Shown: positions 37,431-49,550, numbered from the whole stretch's first letter. The stretch is DNA of 63,450 bases, filler included, from Polymyxa betae A26-41 (GCA_003693705.1; 7 parts of 7 records of this genome joined end to end with filler, not necessarily neighbours in it), one strand, 5' to 3'. Notes: generated from the sequence alone by a model not told the origin. Program-made: numbers and translations.

Positions 37431-38471
37431 TGGGGACTGCGAGAAAATGAAGATTCATCAAATCGCCTTTGTGTTGAAAGCGGACTCGGGATGTTAGATA
37501 CGAGATATAACGGTGCGTAGAAATATCCGAAGCCAATGAGAATCCGAAAACTTGCTCAGACTCAAGGCAGCTTTTGATTGCTTGAAGGCTGACAGCAACA
37601 ATAATCCTAGCAGTATTCGACACTCCACTGTCTGATATTGATCCAATCTTGCCAAGGCAGGTTCGGAGTTTCACTGATTCCAAGGCCAACGTGGTTTGTC
37701 GAAACGACAGTCCATGGCACAAGAAATTCGAGACAAGATTAAACAGGATCACGTTCTTGACTATGGCTTGATATCCAGTCAAGGTGCCGCTTCGCTCTGA
37801 TGGGGTTGGAACAAGGAGAGGGCTCTGGTTCGGGAAACTCCAATTTCCTCATGATTGGAAAAAGTGTCGCCTATAATTCTCAACGACTTCCTTGTCCAAG
37901 TGAAAAATCAATGCTTCATCTGATTTTCCGAAATGAGCGGGATAGTCACTGCAAAAGGCGAGACGCTCTCAAAAAACTTCTTCTGTTCCTTCGGCTTCTA
38001 GTGTTTGATCAATATCCCACTGGGATCGGTGTTGACACAAGTGATGTTTGACATAAAGTTCAGGCCGAAAAGACTCCCACGTCTGTACGTTCTTTGTTTG
38101 TTGACGCTTCCGTTTCTTGCCTCCAATCAGTGTCTTCCTTTCCAAAGAAGAGGCAAAATTGGCTTCGGACAGAAAGGACTCGCTTGGAGACTGGGCCAAC
38201 CTGCATAACCTTCAATCCATACTGCAGTGATGCTTAAACTGGAACGGAGTTCGATTGGCTGCGAAGTGACAGCAGCGCTTGGCATGATCAGAAATGCCCC
38301 GAATTAGCGGAATGAAATGATCAGGCTCGCTGGATTCAAAACCCCGTGGCGCACTTCTGCCTATTCACTATCAAAAATTTCCGGCTATTTTTAGTAATGT
38401 GATTTTTTAATATTAGTAAAGTTGGTATCTATAAATAGATTACCAATATTAACCAGGCCTGCAGTACCCTG
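37430..38471 (-). mobile_element. hAT-like transposase 5' fragment
   Basis: FLCHGLSFRQ...FSLASDISTH..SYL..RVRF...L.NLHFLAVPM resembles the start of an RNase H-fold DDE domain; candidate terminus CAGGG at 38471 on the minus strand. Confidence 0.55.
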
Positions 38472-39499
38472 AGATATTAGATACATAAATAATGAATTTT
38501 AGCTTGTCTTTTCTTTGTTCTTGCTTCTGTATTCTAATTGTTTCCTTCACTCAGTCTGCAGCTTTTTCTTAGTTCCGTTTTGTATCATGCGTCTTTCGAT
38601 TGGCTATGGGCTTCGAAGAAGCTAACCACTCTAGGGGGCATTCTCTTTCACGTCCACCTCATAATGGTATCAACGTCGGTTCTCTCCAACCTCCTGTGAT
38701 TGGTAACATGAACAAATGGTGGTTTCTCTTCAAAAGCTGCAATAACAACAGTTTCAGCAATTCCATCAGCATTTAGAATAGCGTCTCGTTCAAAATCTGG
38801 CACAGCAAATCCAAGAGATGGTGAATCCTGTGAAAATCATCCACGGATTCGAGGAGCGCCTACGTTTTCCCATTCTACGAAAAACAACCACCAGTTTACA
38901 ACGTCTCGAGGTCCAAATTGAGAGGTTTGAAGCCAGATTAAGCTGGTATTTTTAAGTCAACCAGATACGTAAGTTACAGAGTTACAGCTGGTAACCTTGA
39001 TGGTGTAGAAGCAACGTGGACTGTTGCTGTGAAAGTCTGTTTAGTTATGAGTGAAGCGTGGCTAAGGTATGGTGCCCACAATCTTAAACCGCCAACTTTT
39101 GATAAAGAGGAAAGCGCAGCTCGATAAAATCCTCAATGAGGTTCACAATGGGGTAAATACAGCATATTTCGTCAGATCTCATCAATCCGAGCTCAAAAAT
39201 ACTTCGATTTCTTTGTGAAAATAATTATTCATGAAGTTATCGCTGTTTTTCGAGATAAGGGAACGGAAATTTTTTGGACTAGCCCTATTGCGCAGTAAGC
39301 GCACAAAAATAGTATGTGGCGGGTGAGAACAACGGCATCTCGGATGCCATCTCCCGAGGGGACACCACTCGATTCTATAAACTGGCCCGCCCGTTGTTTG
39401 GGAACAAGAAGGCGAACCAGTATGTTAATGCAGATCACAACTAATTAAAACAAAAGAAAGGATTCTACAGAAGAGAACTAGGAAAGCAATTGCGTTAGA

Positions 39500-39596
39500 C
39501 GGAGAAACGCGGCCTTGTGATTGATCAGATACCAGGGGCAGGATTGATCAGAATGTTTTAGCGTCGCGGAGAAACGAGGCCTCTAGATTGATCAGA
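39500..39596. repeat. Three GATTGATCAGA motifs within a duplicated ~30-bp unit upstream of the recombinase ORF
   Basis: GATTGATCAGA at 39519, 39542 and 39586; CGGAGAAACG.GGCCT precedes the first and third. Confidence 0.75.
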
Positions 39597-39717
39597 GCCT
39601 AGAGGCGGAATTGAACTGACAGATATTGCGCTCCACAGTAAAACGTGGCCTCCAGAGAGGCCCCGGCAAGGACCGCAGACGGGGTCACCCTCCCCCCAAA
39701 CTTGTATTCCGAGGACA

Positions 39718-41100
39718 ATGACGAAGCGACGAACGATTCCAGAACACCTGTTCAAACCGAACTCGAGCTTGAAGTTTGCTCGACGCATCGCCAAGCGACA
39801 AGCCGAGGAAGAATGTCCACAGGAAGGACTATGGGGGCGAAAGGCCAAAGCCGCAGACCCGGATGTCCTAACGACAAGAGGACTTGAATTTCTGACTATG
39901 CTGGAAGAACGCAAATTCATTGACGAGGCACCGCTCTCCGTGGAGAGACCTGAGCTGATTCAATCTCTCAGGATGGCTGTTGCCAAAAGTCTGTCAAATC
40001 GATCCCTGAACGCTTATACCTCTGCACGGCGAAATTTCTGTGGCTGGTGTTCTAAGCACGACGTCTCGAGCGCTAACCCGACTGAGACGACCCTGTGCGC
40101 CTATGTGTGTGATCGATTAACCTCTCCCAAAGATCGCGGCGGATTCGCGTATAAAGCTACCGGTAGCACAATCAATGGAGTTTATATCTGATAACAAACA
40201 CCTTAACTGCTTACCGAAGCAAACAAACAGGGAAACGTGTCTTCTATATCAACGCGTTTTGCCTCGATTACAACGTTCAATTTAGTCTGATAGGCCGTCG
40301 ATTGGTCGGAATGATAGGATGTGTTGATGTCAAAGCCGACGATCAGCGTCGAAATACCCGATGGCACCTCGACTTCGTCGCAACTTTCGTTTCCACAAAA
40401 CCAAAAAACGTAACTTTTTGGCCTCATGTGAGTTTGCCGATTCATACGCTCGCGGATTGCGCAGAACAATATTTAGTTAAATAAGGCGCAGACCCTCAAC
40501 GTAAGATTTTTTATGCGCGGCGTATATTTGAGACATTTTACGGACAAGCCTAGTGATAACAGGTCTCATTAATTCGCAATTTTGGCGAGAAAAGACATCC
40601 TTGCATACTGAGATCCTTCCTTTGGCCTACAACATCCATGACTGGATCCTGGACCCGTTGCATATGAATTTTCGATATCTGATGGTATGCGGTCCATTAA
40701 AGTTCAAGTTTGAGGCAGGTAAGTAAACGTTGAGATTCAACTGTTGAGGACTTAAGGATATGTTGTCGAAACTCGGCTACAGACGGAGAAGTATTCTTTT
40801 TCCGGCAGCTGCCTCCATGACAAACCGTCTCAAGATTTGAATCATAAGTTGCAGTAGATCCTGATAAAGCTGGGCGATGACGAAGCTCATGTTAATTCTG
40901 CCATCACATCACACTCTTTACGAAGTGGTCTTTTTTTAGAGGCGATGAATAGTCACCAAATTCCAAGACATGCGAATTCTCTTTTCAACGGGTGAGAGAA
41001 TCAGACCCGCAGCAAACAGGAGCGCAACGAAATTACGACGTCAAGTGGGACCTCAACGTTCTGCATAAGATGGCGCGAGTTCATCTCAGATCTGGAACAG
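39718..41100 (+). pseudogene. Tyrosine recombinase (Crypton/DIRS-type YR), degraded
   Basis: SLSNRSLNAYTSARRNFCGWC...PTETTLCAYV...STINGV is a SAM-like core-binding domain. WILDPLHM..RYL near 40643. ITSHSLRSG at 40903-40929 is the YR box II HxxR motif. Multiple stops and frameshifts. Confidence 0.7.
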
Positions 41101-41309
41101 TGGATCTTGGCGGATCGTGTCCGCGTCTGGCTCCGCGGACTTCTCTATCTTCCGAGGATTCTGAATTCAAAGCCTTCAGGCTGATGTCGGTGTTATTCGC
41201 ATCCAACATCAGCCAAAACAGGGATGTATGACGGCTGCTGCGATTATCGCTTTCGAAGACACAGTGGCAGATCTGGGAGAGAATCACATCCTAGTTTCAC
41301 AGTACCGGC

Positions 41310-42642
41310 GTGCTCTCTCCGAGGAATATCACCCCAGATGAGTTCTCGCTCATGAAAAAACAAATTATGACGCGCGCTGATCAGAGTCAAGTCGAGTCCG
41401 TTTCTGAAGCCATAATATCCCAATGCGGTTTCCGCATTACATCCAGCATGGGATCAAATTTTATTCAGCTGCAACGTCAAATCGATTCAAACGTCAAGGC
41501 GCTCTTTGCTGAAGTCCTGCGTCTTCGTCAAGACACCAAAATGCTCAAGGAGAAGATTTTAGCACAGGATCGACATTGAAATCAGGATCTGAGAGAATTT
41601 GAGCGCTTGCGAACTGAGGCGGAACGTGCTCGGAGCGAAGACCAAATCGAGATGCAGCGACTGCGCGCCCAAGATCAGCTCGAGCCAGAGCGGCTTCACA
41701 GGGAAGTCATGGAAATGTTGTCTTTTGCGTTTCAACAACAACGACAGTCACAACCGCTGGAGCCATTTAGCGGATGCCCAGACTTGGTAACAAAATATTT
41801 TTTCTTCTTTTTAACACTTCAAACGAAAACCATTTTGTTTTAGACTCTTAGCTCAAAATGTGTTCAAATTTTATCTACCGAAAGCACAAATTGTTTATTG
41901 AAGTAATCAATTTGAATTTCCTGGCAATTTTGTATTTTTGATATGGATTCCTGGTTTTGAAAGAAAACTTATTGAACAAGGTTTTAATACAACTCAAAGA
42001 CAATTCAACTCATTCGATATAGAGCGACGATCAATCTTCAGTACGAACCAATTATCCTCGAGATCAAGACTCTATTTTTGCCAAACGAGATCTCAAAATG
42101 ATGAGCAATTCTGGCGTGATTCTCTTCCGACACGAGGCTCGGACGGAAACCTGACCGAGTCAGGATTCACGAAAAATTCTGTTTTCGTTAAATTCCAAAG
42201 CGTTTTATGTCGATGGATGGCAAAACGATAAACCATTCTTGATTTCTTCATAGCCTGGTTTGATCACGAAACGGGCATCCGCGATGGTGTGTATGTGGAG
42301 CCACGCCAGACATGTAAGCGCATTCGTTCAGAGATCAAATCCATCTTTCTATTCATTTGCCGCTTTCTGCCCGGTACTGCCATTGAAAGGATGCCGGATG
42401 TTATAGAGAATCGTCCGGGTTGGCGTAAGCAACTCGAACAGCACGCGGTTCAAGGCTGCGATTCCGCCTTGCGTTGGCTCGAGGCCAGATTACCAATCGC
42501 TGCTGCTGGTAAGAAAACATGCGACTTCAGCCGACCTACTACGTTTCTTAAGTCGATCAAACAATTTCAAAATGACGTTCCCAGTGGTGTCAGATTTATA
42601 GACAATTCCACTATAGAGAGCGAAAAGCGAATACTAATTTGA
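41310..42642 (+). pseudogene. Coiled-coil and C-terminal coding fragments following the YR, likely part of the same element
   Basis: Same-strand ORFs 41310-41579 and 41607-41843 (coiled-coil-like), 41938-42231 and 42289-42642. FFIAWFDHE weakly recalls GCR1_C-type domains (inference). Confidence 0.4.
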
Positions 42643-42759
42643 ATACAGAAAGTATCAGTGTCGTTCCTCAATCTGTAATTCTCTCAAGGTAGAATTTGAA
42701 ATCGTCCAGGCACAAAATCAGCCAATGTTTACAGATCGGCCCAAAGTCACAGGCTCTAC

Positions 42760-42971
42760 CGGTAGCACTGGTACTAACCATCCAATCTGCACATATTAAC
42801 TGTATGTCAGGCCAAAGCCATTCAGACACGGGTACTATTGGAACTATCGGTACTACCCATTCAACCCTCAGACCAACATTCAGACACAAGGTACTATCGG
42901 TACAAAACCTCCATCCTTCACTGAGCAACTGTGACCTGACTCAAGGTACTATAGGTACTATCGGTACTATC
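42760..42971 (+). repeat. GGTACTATC-node array A
   Basis: 2-3 tandem 9-mers at ~42760, 42831, 42890 and 42945, separated by ~35-55-nt partly related spacers. Confidence 0.85.
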
Positions 42972-43459
42972 CCTCGGACCTGCACTGAACAACGGTATGT
43001 ATCGCCAAAGCCATCATGATAAAGGCATTATCTATTGTCCGATTCATTTACAGATTCCATCCCGGAGTATGCATGGAGAAGCAGCCTAAGATATTGACAG
43101 CTCGTCCCGAATGAGTCAGCAATTTCATTTCTTAAACAGTGGTGAGAGCAATCTGAAGACAGAAGTCAGAGAGACATTCTTTAAAAATGTATGATAAAAA
43201 TCGGTATTTTTTCTCCTAAAGTGGCGCCACGCTCCGAACATCCTATCCATACATCACTATCTATAGATAAAATGTGCTCGATGATTGTCCTGCGCAGCTT
43301 TCTCCGACGACGTCAGCTGCCCAGCTGACCAAGCGTCTTGCCAAGTTGAACCGCGGTCGTGAGAAATGACAGCGAAATCGAGACCGAGCAAAGGCGAATG
43401 CTGATGCAGTTACAAAGCTTCAAGAGCGGGTACATTTTCTTGAAGCTGAAAGACACAAT

Positions 43460-43885
43460 ATGAAAGCTAATTGCCGCTGTGGCATGGTTGTTAAAGCTGC
43501 CTCAGCCGATATTTCAGGAGAATTGCCAGCAAAAGCCACGACGGCGACGGAATCGCATATAATGGGATCGTCGACAGTCTCCCAGGCCGAAATAACGGTT
43601 TTCACAGCCTGTCATTCTGTGCTGCCTGAAGAAATGCCGGAAGCGTTGGTTGTCGAAGCACTGGCAACGCAAGAGGAAGCAGCCACTTCGGCTGCGGATG
43701 TTCAGCTTCCTGTTGATGAACAGGATTCTGATGTTATAACCACAGAGCCTGCTGCACAGGTTCCTGGACCGCGTCGTTCCAGTCGACTCGTCCGAAAGCA
43801 AAGAAATCTAATAAACCCTGGCCAAAAAGCTGTACTATCAATTCTACTGGTACTGACTGTCGTTATACAGAATCATCCATTCTAA
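43460..43885 (+). CDS. Hypothetical accessory ORF between the two arrays; the frame extends upstream as a short coiled coil
   Basis: 141-aa Ala/Thr/Glu-rich ORF with PRRSSRL motif and hydrophobic C-terminus; upstream in-frame ADAVTKLQERVHFLEAE. Confidence 0.35.
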   Translation: MKANCRCGMVVKAASADISGELPAKATTATESHIMGSSTVSQAEITVFTACHSVLPEEMPEALVVEALATQEEAATSAADVQLPVDEQDSDVITTEPAAQVPGPRRSSRLVRKQRNLINPGQKAVLSILLVLTVVIQNHPF

Positions 43886-43974
43886 TCAGCCCAGTCACGA
43901 AATGCAGTAATGCCGATAATACCGGTACTAGACGTACGGACGGCGCTCGGTAATCAGGAACCATCAGGGCACAA

Positions 43975-44140
43975 GGTACTATCGGTACTAACCGTTCATC
44001 ATTCACAGAGCCACTGTATGTCAGGACAACCCAACTACCATCAAGATTCAGGGAGCTATCGGTACCATCGGTACTAACCCTCCCTCCTTCACTGAGCTGC
44101 TACAAGATTGTCAGGCCAAGGTACTATCGGTACTAACCAT
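43975..44140 (+). repeat. GGTACTATC-node array B
   Basis: GGTACTATCGGTACTA-type nodes at 43975, 44052 and 44120; spacers share TTCAC.GAGC and TGTCAGG.CAA with array A. Confidence 0.85.
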
Positions 44141-44229
44141 CAATCCGCCGATAGGTCGGACCAAATCCCCAAATCATCCATACCAGGTACCACAAGTAGC
44201 ACCAGTGCTCGCCTTAGGTACGTCCGAAA

Positions 44230-44455
44230 CCATATCTACGTTACCAAGTAGGAAATACTAGATATACTCCAGTACGAGGTCCTGAAGCAGATCTACGTTA
44301 CACAGTGGCAGGTATACCGGTAATACCCCAAGAGAAGCATTAAGCGCGACTGGTTGCACGAATCATATTTACGTTACCAAGTGGTAAATAGGTACTAGCA
44401 GTACTACCTCCAGTACGACATGAGCAGGTCCACGTTACCCTGTGCCTGGTACTGC
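44230..44455 (+). repeat. Second degenerate array with (TCT)ACGTTAC nodes
   Basis: ACGTTAC nodes at ~44237, 44295, 44371 and 44432; CTCCAGTACGA twice (~44267, ~44408). Confidence 0.7.
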
Positions 44456-44599
44456 CAGCCAGTCGCGATTTAAAACTTGTGACAAAATATATGGAGATAT
44501 CCTGTGACTGGGTTCGATTTTTGAGCAATAATTATGATCATTCAAAAGAGAACTGAATATTGTGACAAAAACATATATTATAATTCTTGTTACCAATAG

Positions 44600-45520
44600 G
44601 TACGAAATATAAGTTTAAAAACTGACTTGTAAACAATGGCTGTTCTTCCAGATATAGCTGTATGATCAGAATTAAATATGCAAAAACCTATCGGTGTGGT
44701 GTTTTCGTCATCGGTAAGTCGGAAGTCTCGCATGATGGCAAAACGCTTGATGCGTTTATTAACGGTCTCATGGCAAGCCATCTCAGCCTTCTGCTGCCTA
44801 TTAGATTCCGTATCCCAGTTTGTCTGGGGTTGAGGGATTGGAGTTTTGGAATAGCGTCCATCAATAATGCCGAGGTCTGCCAAAGTCCTGGGTCTAACAT
44901 CTGAACAAAAATCTCCCGCGCTAGTTAATTTTAAGTCCGAAATTGCTTTGCATGGCACCCCGCCTCCCTACCAAACATTCCGCCTGTTCGGTCGAAACGA
45001 CAACGCAACTAAAAATACCGCCGCCCTGCATGATTCAATTTATGGGAAAAGCATCTTATATTTTGTGGGAGAAACTCGGCACGGAAGCAATCAACTCCAT
45101 CAATTGTCACTGACGGATACCGAACAATCCCCTCATTAAATCTTTCTGAAAAGTTCACCTTCATTTCTGGTTAGTATTTGCATTAAAAAGTACGATCTTG
45201 AAAAATGTGTCCAATTAAAAGGCTGTAGTGAAAATTGGTTTGTCAAATTCCATCCCAGTGAAAGTTGCGAAATATGGTTTATCACTTTTCAGATCCATTT
45301 GTGAAAGGTTTTTTGGGAAGCTCCCCACCTATTGGATAGGTTTTCAAGAAAAACAGAGTCCAAAGGTGAGCTGGTTTGAAATCCATAACAGAATGAGAAT
45401 CCTCCAGAAGAATCGATATCTGCAGGCATATACCCGCAGAGGAACCGAAATGTGTTCGAAAAGCTCTGTCATACGTTTGCGTTCCGGGTCTGACGCAGTT
45501 GAAGAAGCGTCGTGCAAGCT
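44600..45520 (-). pseudogene. Harbinger/ISL2EU-like (DDE_Tnp_4) transposase remnant
   Basis: FRTHFGSS...HLWTLFFLKTY (N-term); GGGVPCKAISDLKL; LADLG...NRQQ....CHETVNKRIKRFAIM. Confidence 0.65.
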
Positions 45521-46584
45521 GTTCAAAATCCGGTCGAATTTGATTAGAATTTCACCGTTTTGTTTACGAGATATGTCAAATCAAATGGATCATTCAAAGA
45601 AAAGCACAGCAAAAAGTCCGCCACTGCGTAACTCTGCCGGAATGTCTTTGATTCTTCAAACACGCAGCAACTAACATTGTTCAGAAGCAACTTTCGGCAA
45701 TTTAGTTTTAAGATGATAATCAGCTCGTTTTAGGTAAAATATAAAGCGCATATGATTATTTTCCCAAATGCGCATCTACCATAATTGTCCGAAAGAGAGA
45801 GCCTCTGCCGATGACAACACCGTTGGCAAGATCTCTATGGTTTTTTGGAAAGATAAATCTACTTAGCTGATGCGCGTTGTTTGAGAAAGTGCGCACCTTG
45901 TTGCAATATTTGCGCAGGTTTCTCACGTTCCCGTTTGGATCACAAATTGACCATTTAGATTACAGCAACAACAGAAAGGTCCGTAGCTTTCTTTGGTCGG
46001 CCTCTTCATGTCTGGTGTTGACGAGGTTCACTAAATCCGCGATAAATTGTGCGTGAATTGTGTGATGGCGCACTGTCCATCACAGTGGTTGTTATGTTAC
46101 TATTAATATGTCCTTGCACCAGCACTGCGCCTGCGTCGGCCTGACGGTGCTCGCGTCGGCGTTCGTCGTACTCCCACCCGTCAGTCATGCATGAGCGTAT
46201 CACGCTGCTGGACTGTCCTTATGTGTCCACTGTCCACCAAGCTTGCGAAAATCGAGTTCGAGCACATATCCTTATAGTTGTCGACTCTTAATTTCAATCA
46301 AAACGATAACAACGGTGGGCCCCATCCGTTCGGGATTGCTGACGTCTCCGATACTCATTTTAAGCTGCTCGGGATGATAGGTATGCGTTTGCTTTAAGGA
46401 AGGGAGCCCCGGTCAGCAACTGTCGCCATCTCAGCTGGTGAACGAGTCAATGACCTACCCATTCACTATTGAGGTAATGTAGGAATCCCCATTTTCAACA
46501 TTTAACGAGCACTTTAGGGGGTATCAAAATTGCGAGGATCGGTGATTTTCCCGCTTGCTTCTCCCATCGGGAGGCTCGATTTTA

Positions 46585-47725
46585 ATGGCCAATGATCTCA
46601 TGCAGTTTATTGGTCTTGTTCGGGAGACTCGGTATATCGAACCCCCATTACCGTTTTTGAAAAACATGTCAAGTATATATATACTAAAGCTCCCTGAGCT
46701 CTCTCCCCGAGAATTTATTCAAGAAATGAGAGTCAGCGTTGAGACTTTCGCATTTATATTAAATAAATCCAAGGTATAAAGACTTGAATAAAAATTTTGC
46801 AAATTATAACCATTTCGTAGATGATGCTGTAATTCAAAACGAATCCCAGAATCCCCAGCGAGAAGTTTGGATTCAGCTTGCTTGTGACTTGCACCGTTTG
46901 GGGCATTTCGGAAATGGCTCAGCCTATGGAAAGGTCACTAGAACGAAAGGAGTTGGATACTGTAGCGTGTCTCTTTATACCAAGCGCGTTATCAAAGCGC
47001 TCAAGCATTTGGCCGCAAAGTACATCAGATGGACGAACGAATCGGAAAGTAGATCAGTCAGTGAGCACAACCACGAAGAGTTCGGTTTTGAAGGCTGTAT
47101 TTTATGTACTGATGGACCCCATATCATACTCTTTCAAAAACCAGGTCTCGATGGAGAGGTATTCTACAACAGAAAATCCACATACTCAATGAATGTGCTG
47201 CTGAGCTTCGATTGCCATCGCCAAATTCGCTATGTACTCTCAAGATGGCCAGGGTCTGTGCACGACGGCACTATTTGGTGCTATTGCTAAAGAATCGACC
47301 AAATATTTTTCTCCTGGGCTGTACCAGCTTGGAGATTCTGGCTTTAAGTTAAGTCGAACAATGATCGTGCCATGCCGGCAGCCGGCCGCACCATTCCTGA
47401 AAATGAGGCATTCAATAAGACGCTTTCTGCTGCGCGGGTCGTTTGTGAACATGGCAATGGCATCTTGAAGGGCCGTTGGCAGTCGTTACGAGGTTTGCCT
47501 GTCAGTGTGAACAAAGAAAGCGATATCCAATCCGTTTGTGATTGGATATCTGCATGCTGTGTTTTTTACAATATCGTAAATTCCCGACAATTAGCGGCGG
47601 ATAGTATTGTGTATGATTCAGAAAATGACAATGAGGACAACAACAGTAATGGAATCGCAGAAAGTATTGATGCACAAGGGTTTCGTCGTCAAATCCAACA
47701 AAAAGTTCTGTATTTTTGGTCATAA
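46585..47725 (+). pseudogene. PIF/Harbinger (HARBI1-like) transposase, frameshifted, one intron
   Basis: FIQEMRVSVETF; QLACDLHRLGHFGNG; GFEGCILCTDGPHI; FYNRKSTYSMNV; WPGSVHD; LGDSGF; FNKTLSAARVVCEHGNGILKGRWQSLR. Confidence 0.9.
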
Positions 47726-47811
47726 ACTAATCCGCGAAGGCAAGCTCGAAAACTTACTTTGATTTGTTCGATATCTACGCCGGATGCCATAAGCGTAAAT
47801 ATCAAATTTGC

Positions 47812-48964
47812 CTAGGAAACTTTGTTGGCTAACTTCTGGTTGTGTAGACTGTTGCCCTCTTCCATTTGCAAGCGCTGCTTCACAATGTTAATTTTACCTT
47901 GCTCAATAACAGCATTCTTTTCCAGGATGAGCAGTTCATGGTTCATTTTCTTCGATTCTATCACTAACTGAGCATTCTGTATCTCAGCGAAGCCAGAGGC
48001 GAAATCTTTTCGAGCGTTTTTGGCAGAGTTTTCCGGTCCTGCTGGGAATTCCAGGCGCTTAGATGCCAGGTTAACGGACGCCCCATTCGACTTGCTTTTC
48101 TGTTGGGATGCAAAATTACTACCACCTCGCTGCTGAGTATCACCTCTAAGCAAAGATTTCTCTTCGGAATCTCTAACTGTGGATGGACGCTGCAACGTTT
48201 CCTGATGCTCACCAAAGGCAGATGCCAAATTTTCCAGGTACGTTTCCAGCCATGACAGTTGAATAAATTCAGGCCCGTCTGGGTGAATTTTGGGAAGTTT
48301 CATCGTTGCCAACCTTTTCATTATCGGCCCCCGTTTCGCCTGCTTCGTTTTCGCTCTCGCTCTCAGAAACCTGGCTGGGCTGTGACAGCCCCAGTTCGGC
48401 GACCGCGGCAGGGGTGATGTTTTGACGGTGTCTATATAAAGCATTCATACGGCTATAAAAATGACAGAGTGATTCAAGCTTATCTTTTATCGTCATTAAG
48501 CCTTTCTCATGATCTTGCTCCGTTAAACCAAAACCTGAACTTTCGCAGGTATGCTTCGTCTTTCTGTAAAGCTTGACGAAATTTTCGTATCTACATTTTG
48601 CGTCTTCAGGAGTCCAGGCGCATTCCTTGTCATTAATAATTAAGGTGACGAAATCAGCCATAACTTTATAAGCAGAAGCTTTGCAGAGCTTTTGTCCAGC
48701 GACCACAGATTTTTTGTTCGAAGCCGAGCCGGTAATTAACTTGAAATTCTCGGGTATTTCAAGGAAAGTAACCATAACGTTGGGGGGAGATTTTTCACCC
48801 GTGTTAATGCTTGAATCAGAGATAACGGTGGAAGACGATTTCGTTCTGAAGACGCCACCTGGGCTTGGATCTGACCTTGTCTTTACCAATGAAGACTCGG
48901 TCGAATCATCGCCTGCCAAAAAAAAATATAAATCTGAAGGCAAGCCGTCTTCAGCTTCTGTCAC
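47812..48964 (-). pseudogene. Harbinger-associated Myb/SANT-like DNA-binding ORF, convergent with the transposase
   Basis: FLEIPENFKLITG...K..AYKVMADFV...WTPEDAKCRY...Y.KTK....SGFGLTE.D...TIKDKLESLC.FY.RM.ALY; acidic linker and coiled-coil C-terminus in a second frame; two-gene layout typical of PIF/Harbinger. Confidence 0.7.
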
Positions 48965-49191
48965 CGCTCAAGTCGTTACATCTGAAAAACTAAGCTTTTT
49001 CATGGCGTCTAGTGGTCAACATTTCGCAGAGTGGTCCAAGGATCGCAAGAAAGCTGCCCAACAGCTGATACCTCAGAAGATTTGGCCGCTTGTGAGTGTA
49101 CATCGTATGAATGTAAAATCGCTGGGCTGCTATACTAACGCGTGCATGTTGGAATAGATCTGTTAGGATTATAAGCAAGGGTTCCCAGATT

Positions 49192-49550
49192 TAGGGCTCG
49201 GATCGGGTCGATTCAAGTAGCATCCGGATCAGTTCTAGCACTCTTTCCTTAATAGATAAGATCTCGTTATTGATTGTTTTTCCAAAAATCAGCGCATTCA
49301 AACCCTGCGGGGCCAGTGATTGACGTCGAAATCCAATTATATCCCGTCCGGTGTTGAAAATACGCTCATCAGAATCGGAAAACCCCGGGGTATAATGAAC
49401 TTGGGAACGAAAATGAGGACAACCACAGTCAATAAGGACTTCTGACAGCGATCCAATAATTTTCGGATTTTCAGCGTTCAACCCGAACCCGAACCCGACC
49501 CGACCCGAACTCGGGTTTTCGGGTTGTACCCGAACCCGATCGGAGCCCTA
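49192..49550 (-). mobile_element. hAT deletion derivative (MITE-like), related TIRs to 36021-36864
   Basis: TAGGGCTCGGATCGGGT / ACCCGATCGGAGCCCTA; ACCCGA subterminal repeats; ERIFNTGRDIIGFRRQSLAPQGLNALIF is a hAT dimerisation remnant. Confidence 0.8.

Noticed and set aside
38480-39200. Decayed minus-strand coding-like stretch (FAVPDFERDAILNADG...)
   Set aside because: Multiple stops and no recognisable family.
42696-43019. ORF with GTIGT peptide repeats
   Set aside because: Translation of the DNA repeat; the units fall in different frames, so it is unlikely to be coding.
42760-44140. CRISPR array interpretation of the GGTACTATC nodes
   Set aside because: Nodes are short and variable in copy number, spacers are related to one another, there are no cas genes, and the context is eukaryotic.
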